Assembly (NCBI RefSeq): GCF_938046015.1 | Contig: NZ_CALIXW010000035.1 | Location: 18,989 to 82,988, forward strand | Source of the DNA: an uncultured Porphyromonas sp. | Lineage (GTDB): Bacteria; Bacteroidota; Bacteroidia; Bacteroidales; Porphyromonadaceae | DNA: 64,000 nucleotides | Direction of reading: 5' to 3' | In this document: positions 39,360-50,310 of the stretch, piece by piece | Position numbering within the stretch: the stretch's first letter is position 1 | How the letters are laid out: each line of letters starts with the position of its first letter | Position numbers and translations under genes: made by a program | Notes under the pieces: model-generated | What the model was told of the DNA's origin: nothing | Seen by the model: only the letters and a program-made list of their open reading frames with translations | Database searches by the model: none

Positions 39360-39929
39360 TTAGGCCTCCTTGACGCGCCCTACGTAGGATCCGTCACGCG
39401 TGTCGATGGTGATCAGCTCGCCCTCAGTGATGAAGAGGGGCACGCGTACCTCAGCACCCGTCTCGACGGTAGCAGGCTTGAGCGTGTTGGTCGCCGTATC
39501 GCCCTTGAGGCCGGGCTCGGTGTAGGTGACGCGCAGCGTGACGTGGGCGGGCAGCTCGCAGGTCAGTACGGTCTCCGTAGCAGCATGTACCATAGCCTCT
39601 ACCATGTCGCCGTCCTTGAGGAACTGTACGCCGTCGATGACTGCCTCGGGGATGGTGATCTGCTCGAAGGTCTCAGGGTGCATGAAGTTCAGTCCCATCT
39701 CGTCCTTGTAGAGGTACTGGTAAGGGCGGCGCTCGATGCGAACCTCCTCGACCTTGACCCCGCTATTCCAGGTCTTGTCGATGACGCGACCCGTAGCGAT
39801 GTTCTTGAGCTTGGAGCGAACGAAGGCAGGACCCTTCCCAGGCTTGACGTGGAGGAACTCGACGATGAAGTAGTACTGCCCGTCGATGTCGAGGCACATA
39901 CCGTTGCGGAAATCTGCTGTAGTAGCCAT
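39360..39929 (-). CDS. efp: elongation factor P
   Basis: 189 aa. [43 protein letters not shown]. Confidence 0.92.
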   Translation of the reverse strand: MATTADFRNGMCLDIDGQYYFIVEFLHVKPGKGPAFVRSKLKNIATGRVIDKTWNSGVKVEEVRIERRPYQYLYKDEMGLNFMHPETFEQITIPEAVIDGVQFLKDGDMVEAMVHAATETVLTCELPAHVTLRVTYTEPGLKGDTATNTLKPATVETGAEVRVPLFITEGELITIDTRDGSYVGRVKEA

Positions 39930-39964
39930 AGATATATATTAAGTTGTTGTTTACTTCTGCGCTA

Positions 39965-39972
39965 CAAAAATA
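39965..39972 (-). promoter_or_regulatory. candidate -7 box (TATTTTTG on the - strand) for efp
   Basis: TAnnTTTG motif about 36 bp upstream of the efp ATG. Confidence 0.45.
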
Positions 39973-40117
39973 GGCAAAATCGTCCAGCCAGCCCCGAGCC
40001 GCGCCCTCGGCTCGGACGCAGCGCCTCCTCGCCTCCTCTAGGAGCCCTGCCCTGCCTGGGGCTGGAGTCCAGGGGCAAAGCTACTCCGCTGAAGCCGAGG
40101 CTCAAGGGGGAGGGAGC

Positions 40118-40205
40118 GTGAGGGATATCCGTCAGCTCCGTGAGGGATGTCAGTCAGGCGCGCGAGGGACGTCAGTCAGCCTCTCGAGGGATATCCCTCA
40201 GAGCG
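40118..40205. repeat. array of 4 units of the 22-bp near-palindromic repeat
   Basis: gtgagggatatccgtcagctcc / gtgagggatgtcagtcaggcgcgc / gagggacgtcagtcagcctctc / gagggatatccctcagagcg. Confidence 0.85.
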
Positions 40206-40350
40206 CTGGCAGAGGGCCGTCGGCGCGCTTAGCCTCTGCCTTAGCTGCGCTTATGAGGGGCTAAGGGCTTCGCCTTGAGGGCCTCGCCGAGCAGTATAGC
40301 GGAGGACTTTACTCAGCTGTGAGCTAAGTCGCTAGGCGCTCCCCGCCCTT

Positions 40351-41892
40351 CTAGGGACGGATCTTGAGCTTGTGGGGCTTGCTTTCCTGCCAGAAGCGGT
40401 TGAGCGCCGTGACGAGGAACTGATGCTCTCCGTCCAGCAGCTCGTCGATCGTCAGGCGATAGCGATTGCTACGCGAGATCTGACGGATGTAGCGGGGATC
40501 CTTGGTGCTGACCTTCGTCCCGCGGGGGAAGGCGTAGACGACATAGAGGTAGGGGCTCTCGGGATCGTCCTTCTGATGGCTATCCTCCCAGCAGAGGCTG
40601 AAGCCCTCTCGATCGTCCTCCAGCCAGATGCGGCTGGGGGCAGCGGGCGCCTTCGTCTTGCCCAGCACGCCACGCTGTACGGGCAGGAGCGCTGGGTAGC
40701 GCTGGTAGCTGGTGGCGAGGCTGTCGCCGATGCCGCCCACATTGCGCAGGAGGTCATCGGCAGGCCACCATACATTGCCCTGGGCGTAGTGGCGGCTCAG
40801 CTGGAGCTTCTCCCTGAGCTGGCGCCCCTCCATGGTGCGCCCTACGTGCTGCCCGATGTAGAGCTGGGTCGTACGGGGCAGCTGCTCGGCCCACCAGGGG
40901 ACGAGGACGTCGTAGTCGGCGACCTTGTGCCCGCGATTCCAGTAGACCTGCGGCACGACGTAGTCCACCCAGCCCTCGTGCGCCCAGTAGAGGACGTCGG
41001 CCGAGAGGTCGTCGTAGGACTGTAGGCCCGCCGTCTGGCTACCCTCGGGGGCGGTACTGGCATTGCGGTAGATGCCGAAGGGGCTTACCCCGAAGCGCAT
41101 CCAAGGGCGGAGCTCGAGGAGCGTCTCGCGGGTGGCGCGGATCAGCTCGTTGACCTTATCTCTGCGCCAGCGGGCCTTCTCGCCGCGGGCGTAGCCCTTG
41201 CCGAGGCCGTAGGCACGGAAGGTCTCCTCGTCCTGCAGCTCCTCTCCCGCCTTGGGATAGGGGTAGAAGTAGTCGTCGAAGTGCAGGCCATCGAGGTCGT
41301 AGCGCGTCACTAGGTCCTTGACGACGCTCGTGATGTAGGGGATGCTCTGCGGGTGTCCGGGGTTCATCAGGAGCTGCCCGCCGTAGCGTATGAAGAGCTC
41401 GGGATAGCGGCGTGCGGGGTGGGTCGGCGCTAGTTCGGCCGAGGCATTGGAGGCTCCGCGATAGGGATTGATCCAGGCGTGGAGCTCCATGCCGCGCTCG
41501 TGGCAAGCCTCGAGGACGAGCTCCAGCGGGTCCCAGGGCTCCTCGGGAGCTTGTCCTTGGCGCCCCGTCAGGTACTTGCTCCAGGGCTCTAGGGCGCTGG
41601 GGTACCAGGCATCGCCCTCGGCGCGCACCTGGAAGAAGATGGCGTTGCAGCCGAGCTGGTGCAGGGTCTCGACGCGCTGCAGTAGGAGGTCAGCCGCGTC
41701 GTAGGGACTGAGCTGGGCGTATTCGCTTCTGTAGATCGTCGGGAGCCAAGCAGCACGCAGCTCACGCTTGAGCGGCTGGCGCGGATCGGGCAGCTCCGTG
41801 CCACGCCCGCGGCTAAGGCTGCAGGAGGACAGGAGGACAAGCGTCAGGAAGAGGGCGGGCAGGAGGTGCCGCGCCTCGGCGTAGCGTCGGTG
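40351..41892 (-). CDS. GHL10 (DUF187) glycoside-hydrolase-like family lipoprotein
   Basis: Lipoprotein signal (LVLLSSC). TIM-barrel-like WLPTIYRS...GCNAIFFQVRAEGDAWYPS, typical of 'family 10 glycosylhydrolase'-annotated proteins. The ORF extends to 41934. Confidence 0.55.
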   Translation of the reverse strand, partial: HRRYAEARHLLPALFLTLVLLSSCSLSRGRGTELPDPRQPLKRELRAAWLPTIYRSEYAQLSPYDAADLLLQRVETLHQLGCNAIFFQVRAEGDAWYPSALEPWSKYLTGRQGQAPEEPWDPLELVLEACHERGMELHAWINPYRGASNASAELAPTHPARRYPELFIRYGGQLLMNPGHPQSIPYITSVVKDLVTRYDLDGLHFDDYFYPYPKAGEELQDEETFRAYGLGKGYARGEKARWRRDKVNELIRATRETLLELRPWMRFGVSPFGIYRNASTAPEGSQTAGLQSYDDLSADVLYWAHEGWVDYVVPQVYWNRGHKVADYDVLVPWWAEQLPRTTQLYIGQHVGRTMEGRQLREKLQLSRHYAQGNVWWPADDLLRNVGGIGDSLATSYQRYPALLPVQRGVLGKTKAPAAPSRIWLEDDREGFSLCWEDSHQKDDPESPYLYVVYAFPRGTKVSTKDPRYIRQISRSNRYRLTIDELLDGEHQFLVTALNRFWQESKPHKLKIRP

Positions 41893-41894
41893 CA

Positions 41895-42722
41895 TTAGCT
41901 GAGGTGTAGGTGCTGATAGACGTAGATGATCCACTCGACGAAGGCCAGGAAGGGCAGGACGAAGAGCAGACTATCGATGCGGTCGAGGATACCGCCGTGC
42001 CCAGGGATCACCTTGCCCGAGTCCTTGACGCCCGCCTTACGCTTGAGCATCGACTCGAAGAGGTCGCCCCAGGTGGCTGCCACCGAGATTACAGCGCCGT
42101 AGACGAGGCCGAGGAGGCTCCCCTCCATGAGGAAGTAGGAGACGAGGACGGTGGCGATGAAGCCGCCGACGAAGCCCTCCCAGCTCTTGTTCGGCGAGAG
42201 GCTGGGGAAGAGCTTGTGCCGTCCCAGCTGCGATCCCGCCAGGTAGGCGCCCGAGTCATTGACCCAGATGGCGATGAAGGCAAGGAAGAGCAGGCTGTAG
42301 CCGCTGCTCATCTGCGTGCCGTGCAGCAGGTGGGCGATGCTGAGGAAGCCGCCCGTGTAGATCTGCCCGAAGACGACCTTCGCCAGGTCGCCTGGCATGA
42401 GCTCGCGCTCGCTGTAGAGGCTGCGCACCAGCGTGTAGAGGAGGTACGCAGCGTAGGGCAGCAGGTAGATCGTCGCCCCGAGGCCCTCGGTGGCGATGCA
42501 CTGCGTCGCCCAGAAGAGGTAGACCGCAGCTACGGCGTCGGTGATGCGGCGCAGGGGGTAGATACGGTGTGTCGAGACGAGGTTGGAGAACTCCCAGTTC
42601 GCCAGGAAGACGAGGACGCCGAAGACGGCCAGGTAGAGCGAGGTGCTCCCCAGGAGGAGGGCAGCCAGGATAAGGGCTGCGTAGAGGGCGCCGAAGATGG
42701 CGCGCGTGGCTAGGTTGCTCAT
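41895..42722 (-). CDS. cdsA: phosphatidate cytidylyltransferase
   Basis: 275-aa polytopic membrane protein. C-terminal CTP-transferase signature (SMLKRKAGVKDSGKVIPGHGGILDRIDSLLF). Confidence 0.85.
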   Translation of the reverse strand: MSNLATRAIFGALYAALILAALLLGSTSLYLAVFGVLVFLANWEFSNLVSTHRIYPLRRITDAVAAVYLFWATQCIATEGLGATIYLLPYAAYLLYTLVRSLYSERELMPGDLAKVVFGQIYTGGFLSIAHLLHGTQMSSGYSLLFLAFIAIWVNDSGAYLAGSQLGRHKLFPSLSPNKSWEGFVGGFIATVLVSYFLMEGSLLGLVYGAVISVAATWGDLFESMLKRKAGVKDSGKVIPGHGGILDRIDSLLFVLPFLAFVEWIIYVYQHLHLS

Positions 42723-42745
42723 AGGTCTATATAGAGGCTGAGGGC

Positions 42746-44821
42746 TTATACATCGCTAGGGGCGGGAGGGTTGGTCTCCGTTGGGGCCCCTGGCTGAGCT
42801 ACCGTGGCGTCTGGGGCGGGGCTGGCAGCAGGAGCCTCGGGGGCTGCTGCAGACTCGGCTCCGTCCTTGGACTGCTCGGCCGCGCTCTCGGCATTGAGGC
42901 GCATCAGCTCATCGGCACGGCTCTCCCAGGCGCGCTTACCGAAGATGTGCTCGACGTCCTCGGTGTAGATGACCTCACGCTCCAGCAGCAGCTGCGCGAG
43001 AGCCTCGAGGCCAGCGCGATGGGCGAGGATGGTGGCCTTAGCTCGGTCGTACTCCTCCTGGACGATGCGGCTGGCCTCCTGGTCGATGAGCTCGGCCGTC
43101 TTGTCGCTGTAGGGCTTGGTGAGGCCATAGCCGTCGCTCTGCATGTCGTAGTAGTTGAGGTTCGGCAGGCGCTCACTCATGCCGTAGTAGGCTACCATAG
43201 CATAGGCGATCTTGGTCGTATGCTCGAGGTCGTTGGCCGCGCCCGTAGAGATGCGCCCGAGGAGCAGCTCCTCGGCGGCGCGCCCTGCCAGAGTGGCGCA
43301 TATCTGATCCCGTAGGGCCTGGGTCGTGGTGATCTGTCGCTCCTCGGGGAGGTACCAGGCGGCGCCGAGGGCCTTACCTCGGGGGACGATGGTGACCTTG
43401 ACCAGTGGGTTGGCATAGCGCAGGTGCCAGCTGACGGTGGCGTGCCCTGCCTCGTGCAGGGCGATGCTGCGGCGCTCCTCCTCGGTGGTAATCTTGTTCT
43501 TCTTCTCCAGCCCGCCGACGACGCGGTCGATGGCATTCATGAAGTCCTCACGGGAGACGAAGTCCTTACCCGCACGGGCAGCGATGAGGGCGGCCTCATT
43601 ACAGATATTGGCGATGTCCGCCCCCGAGAAGCCGGGGGTGCGACGAGCCAGCAGCTCGATGTCCACGGTCTCATCGATCTTCAGCGGACGTAGGTGGACG
43701 AGGAAGATCTCCTTGCGGTCGTTGACGTCCGGTAGGTCTACGTAGATCTGTCGGTCGAAGCGTCCCGCACGCAGCAGCGCGGGGTCGAGGATCTCGGCGC
43801 GGTTGGTGGCCGCCAGGATGATGATACCGCTATTGGTGCCGAAGCCGTCCATCTCGGTCAGCAGCTGGTTGAGCGTGTTCTCCCGCTCATCGTTGCCGCC
43901 GAGGCTGTTCTTCTGGCCGCGGGCGCGTCCGATGGCGTCGATCTCGTCGATGAAGATGATGCAGGGGGCCTTCTGCTTGGCCGTCTCGAAGAGGTCACGC
44001 ACACGGCTGGCCCCGACGCCGACGAACATCTCGACGAAGTCCGAGCCTGCGAGGGAGAAGAAGGGCACGTGTGCCTCGCCCGCCACAGCCTTAGCTAGCA
44101 GCGTCTTCCCCGTCCCTGGAGGGCCGACTAGCAGGGCTCCCTTGGGGATCTTACCCCCGAGCTGGGTGTACTTGGCAGGGTTCTTGAGGAAGTGGACGAT
44201 CTCCTCGACCTCCTCCTTGGCCTCGTGCAGGCCGGCGACGTCCTTGAAGGTCACCGAGGCGGTATCCTTGTCGAAGAGGCGTGCCTTGCTCTTGCCGATG
44301 CTCAGCGCACCGCCCATGCCGCCGCCCATAGCACTGGACTGGCGGCGCAGCATGATGATCCAGAAGCCAATGATGATGACCAGCGGGAGGAAGTTCAGCA
44401 CGAGGCTCAGCAGTCCCGAGCGGCTTTCCTTATACTGCACGCGTGCGCGTATGGCCTGCTCCTCGTAGAACTTGTCGAAGCGGTCGACGCTCGGAATCTC
44501 GGTCTCTATGCTGCGCGTGCGCTCGGGCTGGACACGACCGAAGATGGGGCTCTTGCCTACGCTGTAGAGGCTGTCGGACTGGCTGGGGCGCAGCATCCCC
44601 ACAGCGGTGTGCTCGCCTCGATCGACGATGATCTTGCTGAAGGACTCCTGCTTGGCTAGGCGCTGGAACTCGTCCCAGCTCACGCTCTTGGTCTCGCCCG
44701 AGCCGCCGTCCCATAGGAAGAGCGCGCCGAGGACCCCGAGGATGATGGCGTAGATCCAAAGCTCCTTACCGAAGAGGCTAAAGCCTCGGCGTGGCTTGTT
44801 TGGCTTACTTGATTCTATCAT
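42746..44821 (-). CDS. ftsH: ATP-dependent zinc metalloprotease FtsH
   Basis: 691 aa. AAA+ Walker [12 protein letters not shown] region, and HEAGH zinc motif. Confidence 0.93.
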   Translation of the reverse strand: MIESSKPNKPRRGFSLFGKELWIYAIILGVLGALFLWDGGSGETKSVSWDEFQRLAKQESFSKIIVDRGEHTAVGMLRPSQSDSLYSVGKSPIFGRVQPERTRSIETEIPSVDRFDKFYEEQAIRARVQYKESRSGLLSLVLNFLPLVIIIGFWIIMLRRQSSAMGGGMGGALSIGKSKARLFDKDTASVTFKDVAGLHEAKEEVEEIVHFLKNPAKYTQLGGKIPKGALLVGPPGTGKTLLAKAVAGEAHVPFFSLAGSDFVEMFVGVGASRVRDLFETAKQKAPCIIFIDEIDAIGRARGQKNSLGGNDERENTLNQLLTEMDGFGTNSGIIILAATNRAEILDPALLRAGRFDRQIYVDLPDVNDRKEIFLVHLRPLKIDETVDIELLARRTPGFSGADIANICNEAALIAARAGKDFVSREDFMNAIDRVVGGLEKKNKITTEEERRSIALHEAGHATVSWHLRYANPLVKVTIVPRGKALGAAWYLPEERQITTTQALRDQICATLAGRAAEELLLGRISTGAANDLEHTTKIAYAMVAYYGMSERLPNLNYYDMQSDGYGLTKPYSDKTAELIDQEASRIVQEEYDRAKATILAHRAGLEALAQLLLEREVIYTEDVEHIFGKRAWESRADELMRLNAESAAEQSKDGAESAAAPEAPAASPAPDATVAQPGAPTETNPPAPSDV

Positions 44822-45063
44822 GTTTATTCGTTGTTTGCTATCTGCACGGCTATCCTGGCGCGGACAGCACTAGATGTAAAGGTAACAAAAAACATGCCAT
44901 CCCGGTTGCCCCTGTCAGCTCTGAGGCTGCTGGGTGAGCCTTCGGGGGCTCACATCCTGCGTCCTCGGCGGGCACCCTGTGCCGCCCTTAGCTGCCTCTG
45001 CGAGCGCTGTGGGGCGGGGCCCTCGACGAGCAGCGCGTGCGCGGAGCCCTTGCTGGGGCTAGG

Positions 45064-45170
45064 CTGACCGATATCCCTGGGGCAGCTGACTGATACCCAT
45101 CGCGCGGCTGAGGGATACCCCTCGGCTAGGCTAAGGGATATCCGTCAGCGCTCTGAGGGATATCCGTGAT
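45064..45170. repeat. array of about 5 units of the 22-bp near-palindromic repeat
   Basis: ctgaccgatatccctggggcag / ctgactgatacccatcgcgcgg / ctgagggatacccctcggctaggct / aagggatatccgtcagcgctct / gagggatatccgtgatg. Confidence 0.8.
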
Positions 45171-45271
45171 GAAGGTGAGGGGGAAGGGGGGACGGAGCCA
45201 CCGCGCGCTCGCCGCGAGGAAGCCCCCTAGGACGAGCGGGCTGGCCCGTCCCGTGTACGCGGATATTGTCG

Positions 45272-45279
45272 TACTTTTG
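45272..45279 (+). promoter_or_regulatory. candidate -7 box TACTTTTG for tsaD
   Basis: TAnnTTTG motif 38 bp upstream of the ATG at 45317. Confidence 0.45.
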
Positions 45280-45316
45280 TGTAGACCCAGCTTAGGGCTG
45301 GGCGATCAAGACAGTA

Positions 45317-46342
45317 ATGAAAGAAGAACCCATTATATTAGGTATAGAGAGCTCCTGCGACGACACCTCGGCGGCCGTGCTTCGCGGTCGTCAGCTGCTG
45401 AGCAATGTCATCGCCTCACAGGCCGTACATGCGGCCTACGGCGGCGTCGTACCCGAGCTCGCCTCCCGTGCCCACGAGCAGAACATCGTCCCCGTCGTCA
45501 GCGAGGCGATACGTCGCGCGGGCATTCGCCCCGATGAGCTCGATGCCATCGCCTTCACCCGCGGCCCCGGACTGCTGGGCTCGCTGCTGGTGGGGACCAA
45601 CTTTGCCAAGGGGCTCAGCCTCTCCCTCGGTATCCCCATGGTCGAGGTTAACCACCTGCATGCCCACGTGCTGGCGCACTTCATCGAGGAGGAGGGCGAG
45701 GAGCATCGTAGCCCCAGCTTCCCCTTCCTCTGCCTCCTGGTCTCGGGGGGCAACTCGCAGATCATCCTCGTGCGCTCGGCCTCCGATATGGAGATCATCG
45801 GGCAGACTATAGACGATGCGGCGGGTGAGGCCTTCGACAAGTGTGCCAAGGTCATGGGCCTAGGCTACCCCGGAGGCCCCGTCGTCAATCGCCTGGCGAA
45901 TGAGGGCGACCCCAAGGCCTTTGCCTTCAGCAAGCCTAACATCCCGGGCTATGACTATAGCTTCAGCGGGCTCAAGACCTCCTTCCTCTACACGCTGAGG
46001 GATGCGCTCGCGGAGAACCCCAACTTCATCGAGGAGCGTAAGGCCGACCTCTGCGCCTCGCTCCAGGCCACCGTCATCGATATCTTGATGAAGAAACTAC
46101 GTGCCGCAGCCAAGGACCTCGGCATACGCCAGGTCGCCGTCGCCGGGGGCGTCTCGGCCAATACGGGGCTGCGTGCTGCCTTCGAGGATCATGCCCGCCG
46201 CTACGGCTGGGAGATCTTCATCCCGAAGTTCGCCTACACCACAGACAATGCTGCGATGGTGGCGATGAACGGGTACTTCAGCTACCTAGAGGGCAAGCGT
46301 ACGGAGCTCGATGCCGTGCCCTTCGCCCGCGTGACCATGTAG
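45317..46342 (+). CDS. tsaD: tRNA N6-adenosine threonylcarbamoyltransferase
   Basis: 341 aa. LGIESSCDDTSAAV and an HxxxH metal-binding region. Confidence 0.9.
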   Translation: MKEEPIILGIESSCDDTSAAVLRGRQLLSNVIASQAVHAAYGGVVPELASRAHEQNIVPVVSEAIRRAGIRPDELDAIAFTRGPGLLGSLLVGTNFAKGLSLSLGIPMVEVNHLHAHVLAHFIEEEGEEHRSPSFPFLCLLVSGGNSQIILVRSASDMEIIGQTIDDAAGEAFDKCAKVMGLGYPGGPVVNRLANEGDPKAFAFSKPNIPGYDYSFSGLKTSFLYTLRDALAENPNFIEERKADLCASLQATVIDILMKKLRAAAKDLGIRQVAVAGGVSANTGLRAAFEDHARRYGWEIFIPKFAYTTDNAAMVAMNGYFSYLEGKRTELDAVPFARVTM

Positions 46343-46385
46343 CCGCTCCAGGGGTGGCTACCTTACAGCTAAAGAGACTACAACT

Positions 46386-46907
46386 ATGGGACAGGAATCC
46401 GTGCTCCAGAGACTCCGTGAGGAGCTGGAGCGTCAGCAGCTGACCGTCGCCACGGGTGAGAGCTGCACGCTAGGTCGCGTAGCCGCTAGCCTCGGCGCCC
46501 CCGCAGGGGCCTCGGGTTGGCTACGTGGAGGCATCCTCGCCTATCATCCCGAGCTCAAGGTCAGCCTCCTTGGGGTGCCCGAGCGCCTGATCGCTGAGCG
46601 CCATGTCGTCAGTGAGGAGGTCGCCCGCGCTATGGCCCGCGGCGCTGCCGAGCGCCTCGGCGCCGACCTCGGGCTCGGTACTACGGGGCTGGCAGGCCCC
46701 ACAGGTGCCGACGAGACCCACCCCGTAGGGATGATCTGCCTCGGTGCCTGGCTACGGCGCCCCAAGGGCTCCCCGCGTGAGGTCTCGCTCTGCCTCCACC
46801 TAGACGGCGATCGCACCGCCAATATCGAGGCCGCCGTAGAGGCGATGCACCAGCTCGCCTACAGCCTCATCACCTCCGACACGTCCGACGCGACGATCTA
46901 CTACTAA
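46386..46907 (+). CDS. CinA C-terminal domain protein (PncC-like nicotinamide-nucleotide amidohydrolase)
   Basis: 173 aa. LTVATGESCTLGRVA...GGILAYHPELK. Confidence 0.75.
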   Translation: MGQESVLQRLREELERQQLTVATGESCTLGRVAASLGAPAGASGWLRGGILAYHPELKVSLLGVPERLIAERHVVSEEVARAMARGAAERLGADLGLGTTGLAGPTGADETHPVGMICLGAWLRRPKGSPREVSLCLHLDGDRTANIEAAVEAMHQLAYSLITSDTSDATIYY

Positions 46908-46913
46908 TATGGT

Positions 46914-48314
46914 ATGAAGAAGTATCGTATCCTATCCTCGCTCTTCCTTAGCCTCACCTCAGCCCTCATCACCCTCGGCAGCCCCTCAGCTCTCAGCGCC
47001 CAGCAGCCCGAGCTCGTCTATCGTCTTGGCCTCGAGCAGCGCCCCACCAGCCCCACGAGCTGGGGGCAGGGCGCCGCGCACATCACGGCCCTCCAGCCCG
47101 AGAGCCCCGCGGCACGCGCTGGCCTTCGGGTCGGTGACCTCCTACTTAGCATCGATGGGGTAATGACTGCGGGGCTTAGTGCCCGCGAGGTAGACGAACT
47201 GCTGCAGCGCCCCACGGGGATGCACCTCGTGACGCTGCGCCGCCTCGGGCAGCCTAAGCCTGAGACCCTGCTCCTCATCCCTGAGGCGAAGAGTCGTGCA
47301 GCACGTACCGAGCGTGAGCTGGCACGTGCCTATGCCGCCTACAGCCCCGAGGACCAGGCGGAGTGGCCGCTGAGCTATCAGCTGAGCTACCAGGTGCAGC
47401 CGGGCTTTGACTTCGCTACGGTGCGTCGCTATGCCTTCGCGCCCTCCAGCGAGCAGAATAGAGAGCTGGACGATGCCCTCTACAGCATGATCGCCCGCCA
47501 GCTGCAGGCCCTTGGACTGCAGGAGGACAAGGCTGCGCCCGACCTCATCATCGAGTGCTACTACGAGCTGCAGCCTACGGCGAGCCCGCGCCTGGATGCC
47601 GCCAAGCCCGCCCAGAGCCTACGCTACCATCCCGAGGAGGAGCGCGTGCAGCTCTTGCCCATCATCCCCGAGGCAGGGCCCGACGAGGGCAGCTATCAGG
47701 TCAAGCTCAGCGTGCAGATGACGCGCCCCACCGAGCCGCAGCGCCCCGTATGGCTGGCCGAGACGCGCGAGGGGCTGAGCGAGCCGATGACGCTCAAGGA
47801 CTTTGCCCGCTACACGCTGCCCGTGATGCTGCGCCCCTTCCCCTTCGCCCCCAGTGGCAGCCGTCAGCACTTCACGGCCCGCTGCTCCCGCTACCTCTAT
47901 ACGGGGCTGCACTACGCGCTCGAGGATCTAGGGCGTGTCGTGGAGGTGGAGGAGGCTTCGCCTGCCTTCGCAGCAGGCCTGCAGCCAGGGGATCGCATCC
48001 TCGCGATCAACGGCCGCACGCTAGGCGACATCGACCTCACGCGCCTCTCTGAGGAGTATCGCCGCTTCGTGCGGGAGACCGGGAGCTACCGTGAGGCAGG
48101 GCCCTTCGGCTACTGGAGCCCCAAGGCCTACGGCGCGCTGCGTAAGGCCTTCGCCAGCCAGCCCTACAGCTACCTCTTTGCCTTCCGCCCCTATGTGAGC
48201 GAGGATCGGGGAGGCCTGCTGACCCTAGAGATCGAGCGCTCGGGCGAGCGCTACACGCTCCAGCTGCAGCCTGAGCTGCGGCAGGAGTCTACCCTCATTC
48301 CCTTAGACCAATAG
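46914..48314 (+). CDS. secreted hypothetical protein with two PDZ domains
   Basis: 466 aa with signal peptide (ALITLGSPSALSAQ). PDZ-like GLRVGDLLLSIDG and GLQPGDRILAINGRTLGD. Confidence 0.55.
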   Translation: MKKYRILSSLFLSLTSALITLGSPSALSAQQPELVYRLGLEQRPTSPTSWGQGAAHITALQPESPAARAGLRVGDLLLSIDGVMTAGLSAREVDELLQRPTGMHLVTLRRLGQPKPETLLLIPEAKSRAARTERELARAYAAYSPEDQAEWPLSYQLSYQVQPGFDFATVRRYAFAPSSEQNRELDDALYSMIARQLQALGLQEDKAAPDLIIECYYELQPTASPRLDAAKPAQSLRYHPEEERVQLLPIIPEAGPDEGSYQVKLSVQMTRPTEPQRPVWLAETREGLSEPMTLKDFARYTLPVMLRPFPFAPSGSRQHFTARCSRYLYTGLHYALEDLGRVVEVEEASPAFAAGLQPGDRILAINGRTLGDIDLTRLSEEYRRFVRETGSYREAGPFGYWSPKAYGALRKAFASQPYSYLFAFRPYVSEDRGGLLTLEIERSGERYTLQLQPELRQESTLIPLDQ

Positions 48315-48318
48315 CTAG

Positions 48319-49188
48319 ATGAATAGTGAGCCCCAAGCGCTGAAGACCTATCAGCTCGGGCGCATGCAGCGCCTACCCATCCTACGCCTCGTCTCCATAG
48401 GCGCCTACCTCGACGGCGGGATACAGGACATCCTCCTGCCGCTCAGGTATCTGCCCAAGGACGCAAAGGTGGGGGATGAGGTAGAGGTCTTCGTCTACCA
48501 CGACAATGAAGGGCGCCTCATCGCCACGACGATGCGCCCGCTAGCCCAGGTGGGCGAGGTGGCCTTCCTGCGCTGCGCTAGCGTCTCCGAGGCAGGCGCC
48601 TTCATGGAGTGGGGCATACACCGTGATCTCTTCGTCCCCTTCCGCGAGCAGAGCAGCAAGATGCTCCTCGGCTACAGCTACGCCGTCTATCTCTACGTCG
48701 ACCAGATGAGTGGGAAGATCGTCGGCTCGGCACGCCTCTCCAAGCACCTTGGGGGCAGCCCTGCGGACTATGCCCCCGGCTCGCTGGTGCACTGTATCGT
48801 CACCGAGCAGCACGAGGAGGGCTACCGCTGCGTCATCGAGGGGCGGCACTGGGGCTTCGTATATACAGATGCGGCCCCGCGCATGCTTCGCCGTGGCGAG
48901 CAGCTCGAGGCCTACGTGGTGCGGGTACGAGAGGATAATAAGGTCGACCTATCGCTTAGGCCGGTGGGCTATGCCAAGGTGGACGGCGCTCAGGAGCGGC
49001 TTCTCGAGCTGCTGGAGCAGGCGGGCGGACAGCTGCCCCTCGGGGATAAGAGCCCTGCCGAGGAGATCCTGCGGCAGACGGGCATGAGTAAGAAGACCTT
49101 CAAGATGGCCCTAGGGGCGCTCTACAAGGCACGCCGTATCGAGCTAAGCCCTACGTCGGTACGCCTCAGCAAGGAGGGTAAGCGATGA
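48319..49188 (+). CDS. CvfB/YitL-family S1-domain RNA-binding protein
   Basis: 289 aa. Repeated S1-like beta-barrel segments and a C-terminal winged-helix-like tail. Confidence 0.6.
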   Translation: MNSEPQALKTYQLGRMQRLPILRLVSIGAYLDGGIQDILLPLRYLPKDAKVGDEVEVFVYHDNEGRLIATTMRPLAQVGEVAFLRCASVSEAGAFMEWGIHRDLFVPFREQSSKMLLGYSYAVYLYVDQMSGKIVGSARLSKHLGGSPADYAPGSLVHCIVTEQHEEGYRCVIEGRHWGFVYTDAAPRMLRRGEQLEAYVVRVREDNKVDLSLRPVGYAKVDGAQERLLELLEQAGGQLPLGDKSPAEEILRQTGMSKKTFKMALGALYKARRIELSPTSVRLSKEGKR

Positions 49189-50183
49189 GCGCCCTCCTCG
49201 TGCCCTCGCCCCAGGCCGCCCAGGTGCTGGAGCAGATGAATGAGGCCTCGCTACGCGGTGAGGCCTTCTTCTTTGCCCTGGACTTCGAGCTGCGGGAGGC
49301 GCTCTTCGAGTTGCGTCCCCTCGAGCAGCGAGTGCCGCGCTACTTCTTCTCCCTCCCAGGCTACAGCACGCCGAGCCCTACCGTGGAGCGGCGTCCTCGG
49401 CTGGATCTCGTCCCGACGGTAGAGCCGCTGGAGCGCTACCGCGAGCGCTTCGATCGGGTGCACAGAGGGCTGATGCATGGGGATAGCTTCCTCGTGAACC
49501 TCGCCCTAAGGACGCCCGTCGAGCTCGAGGCCACGCTGGAGGAGGTCTACGTCTCGAGCCGTGCGGACTACCGCCTCCTCGTGCCTGGGCGCTTCGTCTC
49601 CTTCTCGCCCGAGTGCTTCGTGCGGCTCGAGGGCGAGCGTCTCAGCACCTATCCGATGAAGGGCACGATCGACGCCCGCCTGCCTGATGCGGCGGAGCGC
49701 CTACGCTCGGACTATAAGGAGAGCTGCGAGCACCATACCATCGTCGACCTGATGCGCAATGACCTGAGCCGTGTGGCAGAGCGGGTGCGCGTCGAGCGCT
49801 TCAAGTACCTCACCGAGCTCGCGACCTCGCGCGGACCGCTGCTGCAGATGAGCTCAGAGGTCGTCGGGCGCATCGACCGCAGTGCGCTGCGCCTCGGGGA
49901 TCTTCTCCTGGAGCTGCTGCCTGCGGGCTCGATTAGTGGCGCGCCTAAGGGGGCGACGCTGGAGCTCATCCGCAGCGCCGAGGGTACGCCTCGCGGCTTC
50001 TATACGGGGGTGTGGGGTTACTTCGATGGGGAGCGCCTGGATACGGCCGTACTCATTCGCTACCTCGAGTACGAGGCGGAGACGGGGCGCTACTACTATC
50101 GCTCGGGGGGCGGCATCACCATCAACAGCCAGGCGGAGGACGAGTGGCGCGAATGCCTGCAGAAGATCTACATCCCGCAGTAG
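49185..50183 (+). CDS. pabB: short-form aminodeoxychorismate synthase component I (chorismate-binding enzyme)
   Basis: 332 aa. SPECFVRLEG...YPMKGT and GSISGAPK...GFYTGVWGY chorismate-utilising motifs. Start overlaps the cvfB stop (ATGA). Confidence 0.75.
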   Translation: MSALLVPSPQAAQVLEQMNEASLRGEAFFFALDFELREALFELRPLEQRVPRYFFSLPGYSTPSPTVERRPRLDLVPTVEPLERYRERFDRVHRGLMHGDSFLVNLALRTPVELEATLEEVYVSSRADYRLLVPGRFVSFSPECFVRLEGERLSTYPMKGTIDARLPDAAERLRSDYKESCEHHTIVDLMRNDLSRVAERVRVERFKYLTELATSRGPLLQMSSEVVGRIDRSALRLGDLLLELLPAGSISGAPKGATLELIRSAEGTPRGFYTGVWGYFDGERLDTAVLIRYLEYEAETGRYYYRSGGGITINSQAEDEWRECLQKIYIPQ

Positions 50184-50310
50184 GCCTGTGTGCCCAAGGT
50201 CCCCCCTTTATTCCTCCCCTCTGCTCCTATATTCCTGCTCCCTTGCCCCACAAAGGTCGGAGCGCTCATCAGTTCTATGCGTCGAAGTCTCCCCTTAGCC
50301 TAGCCAAGCC

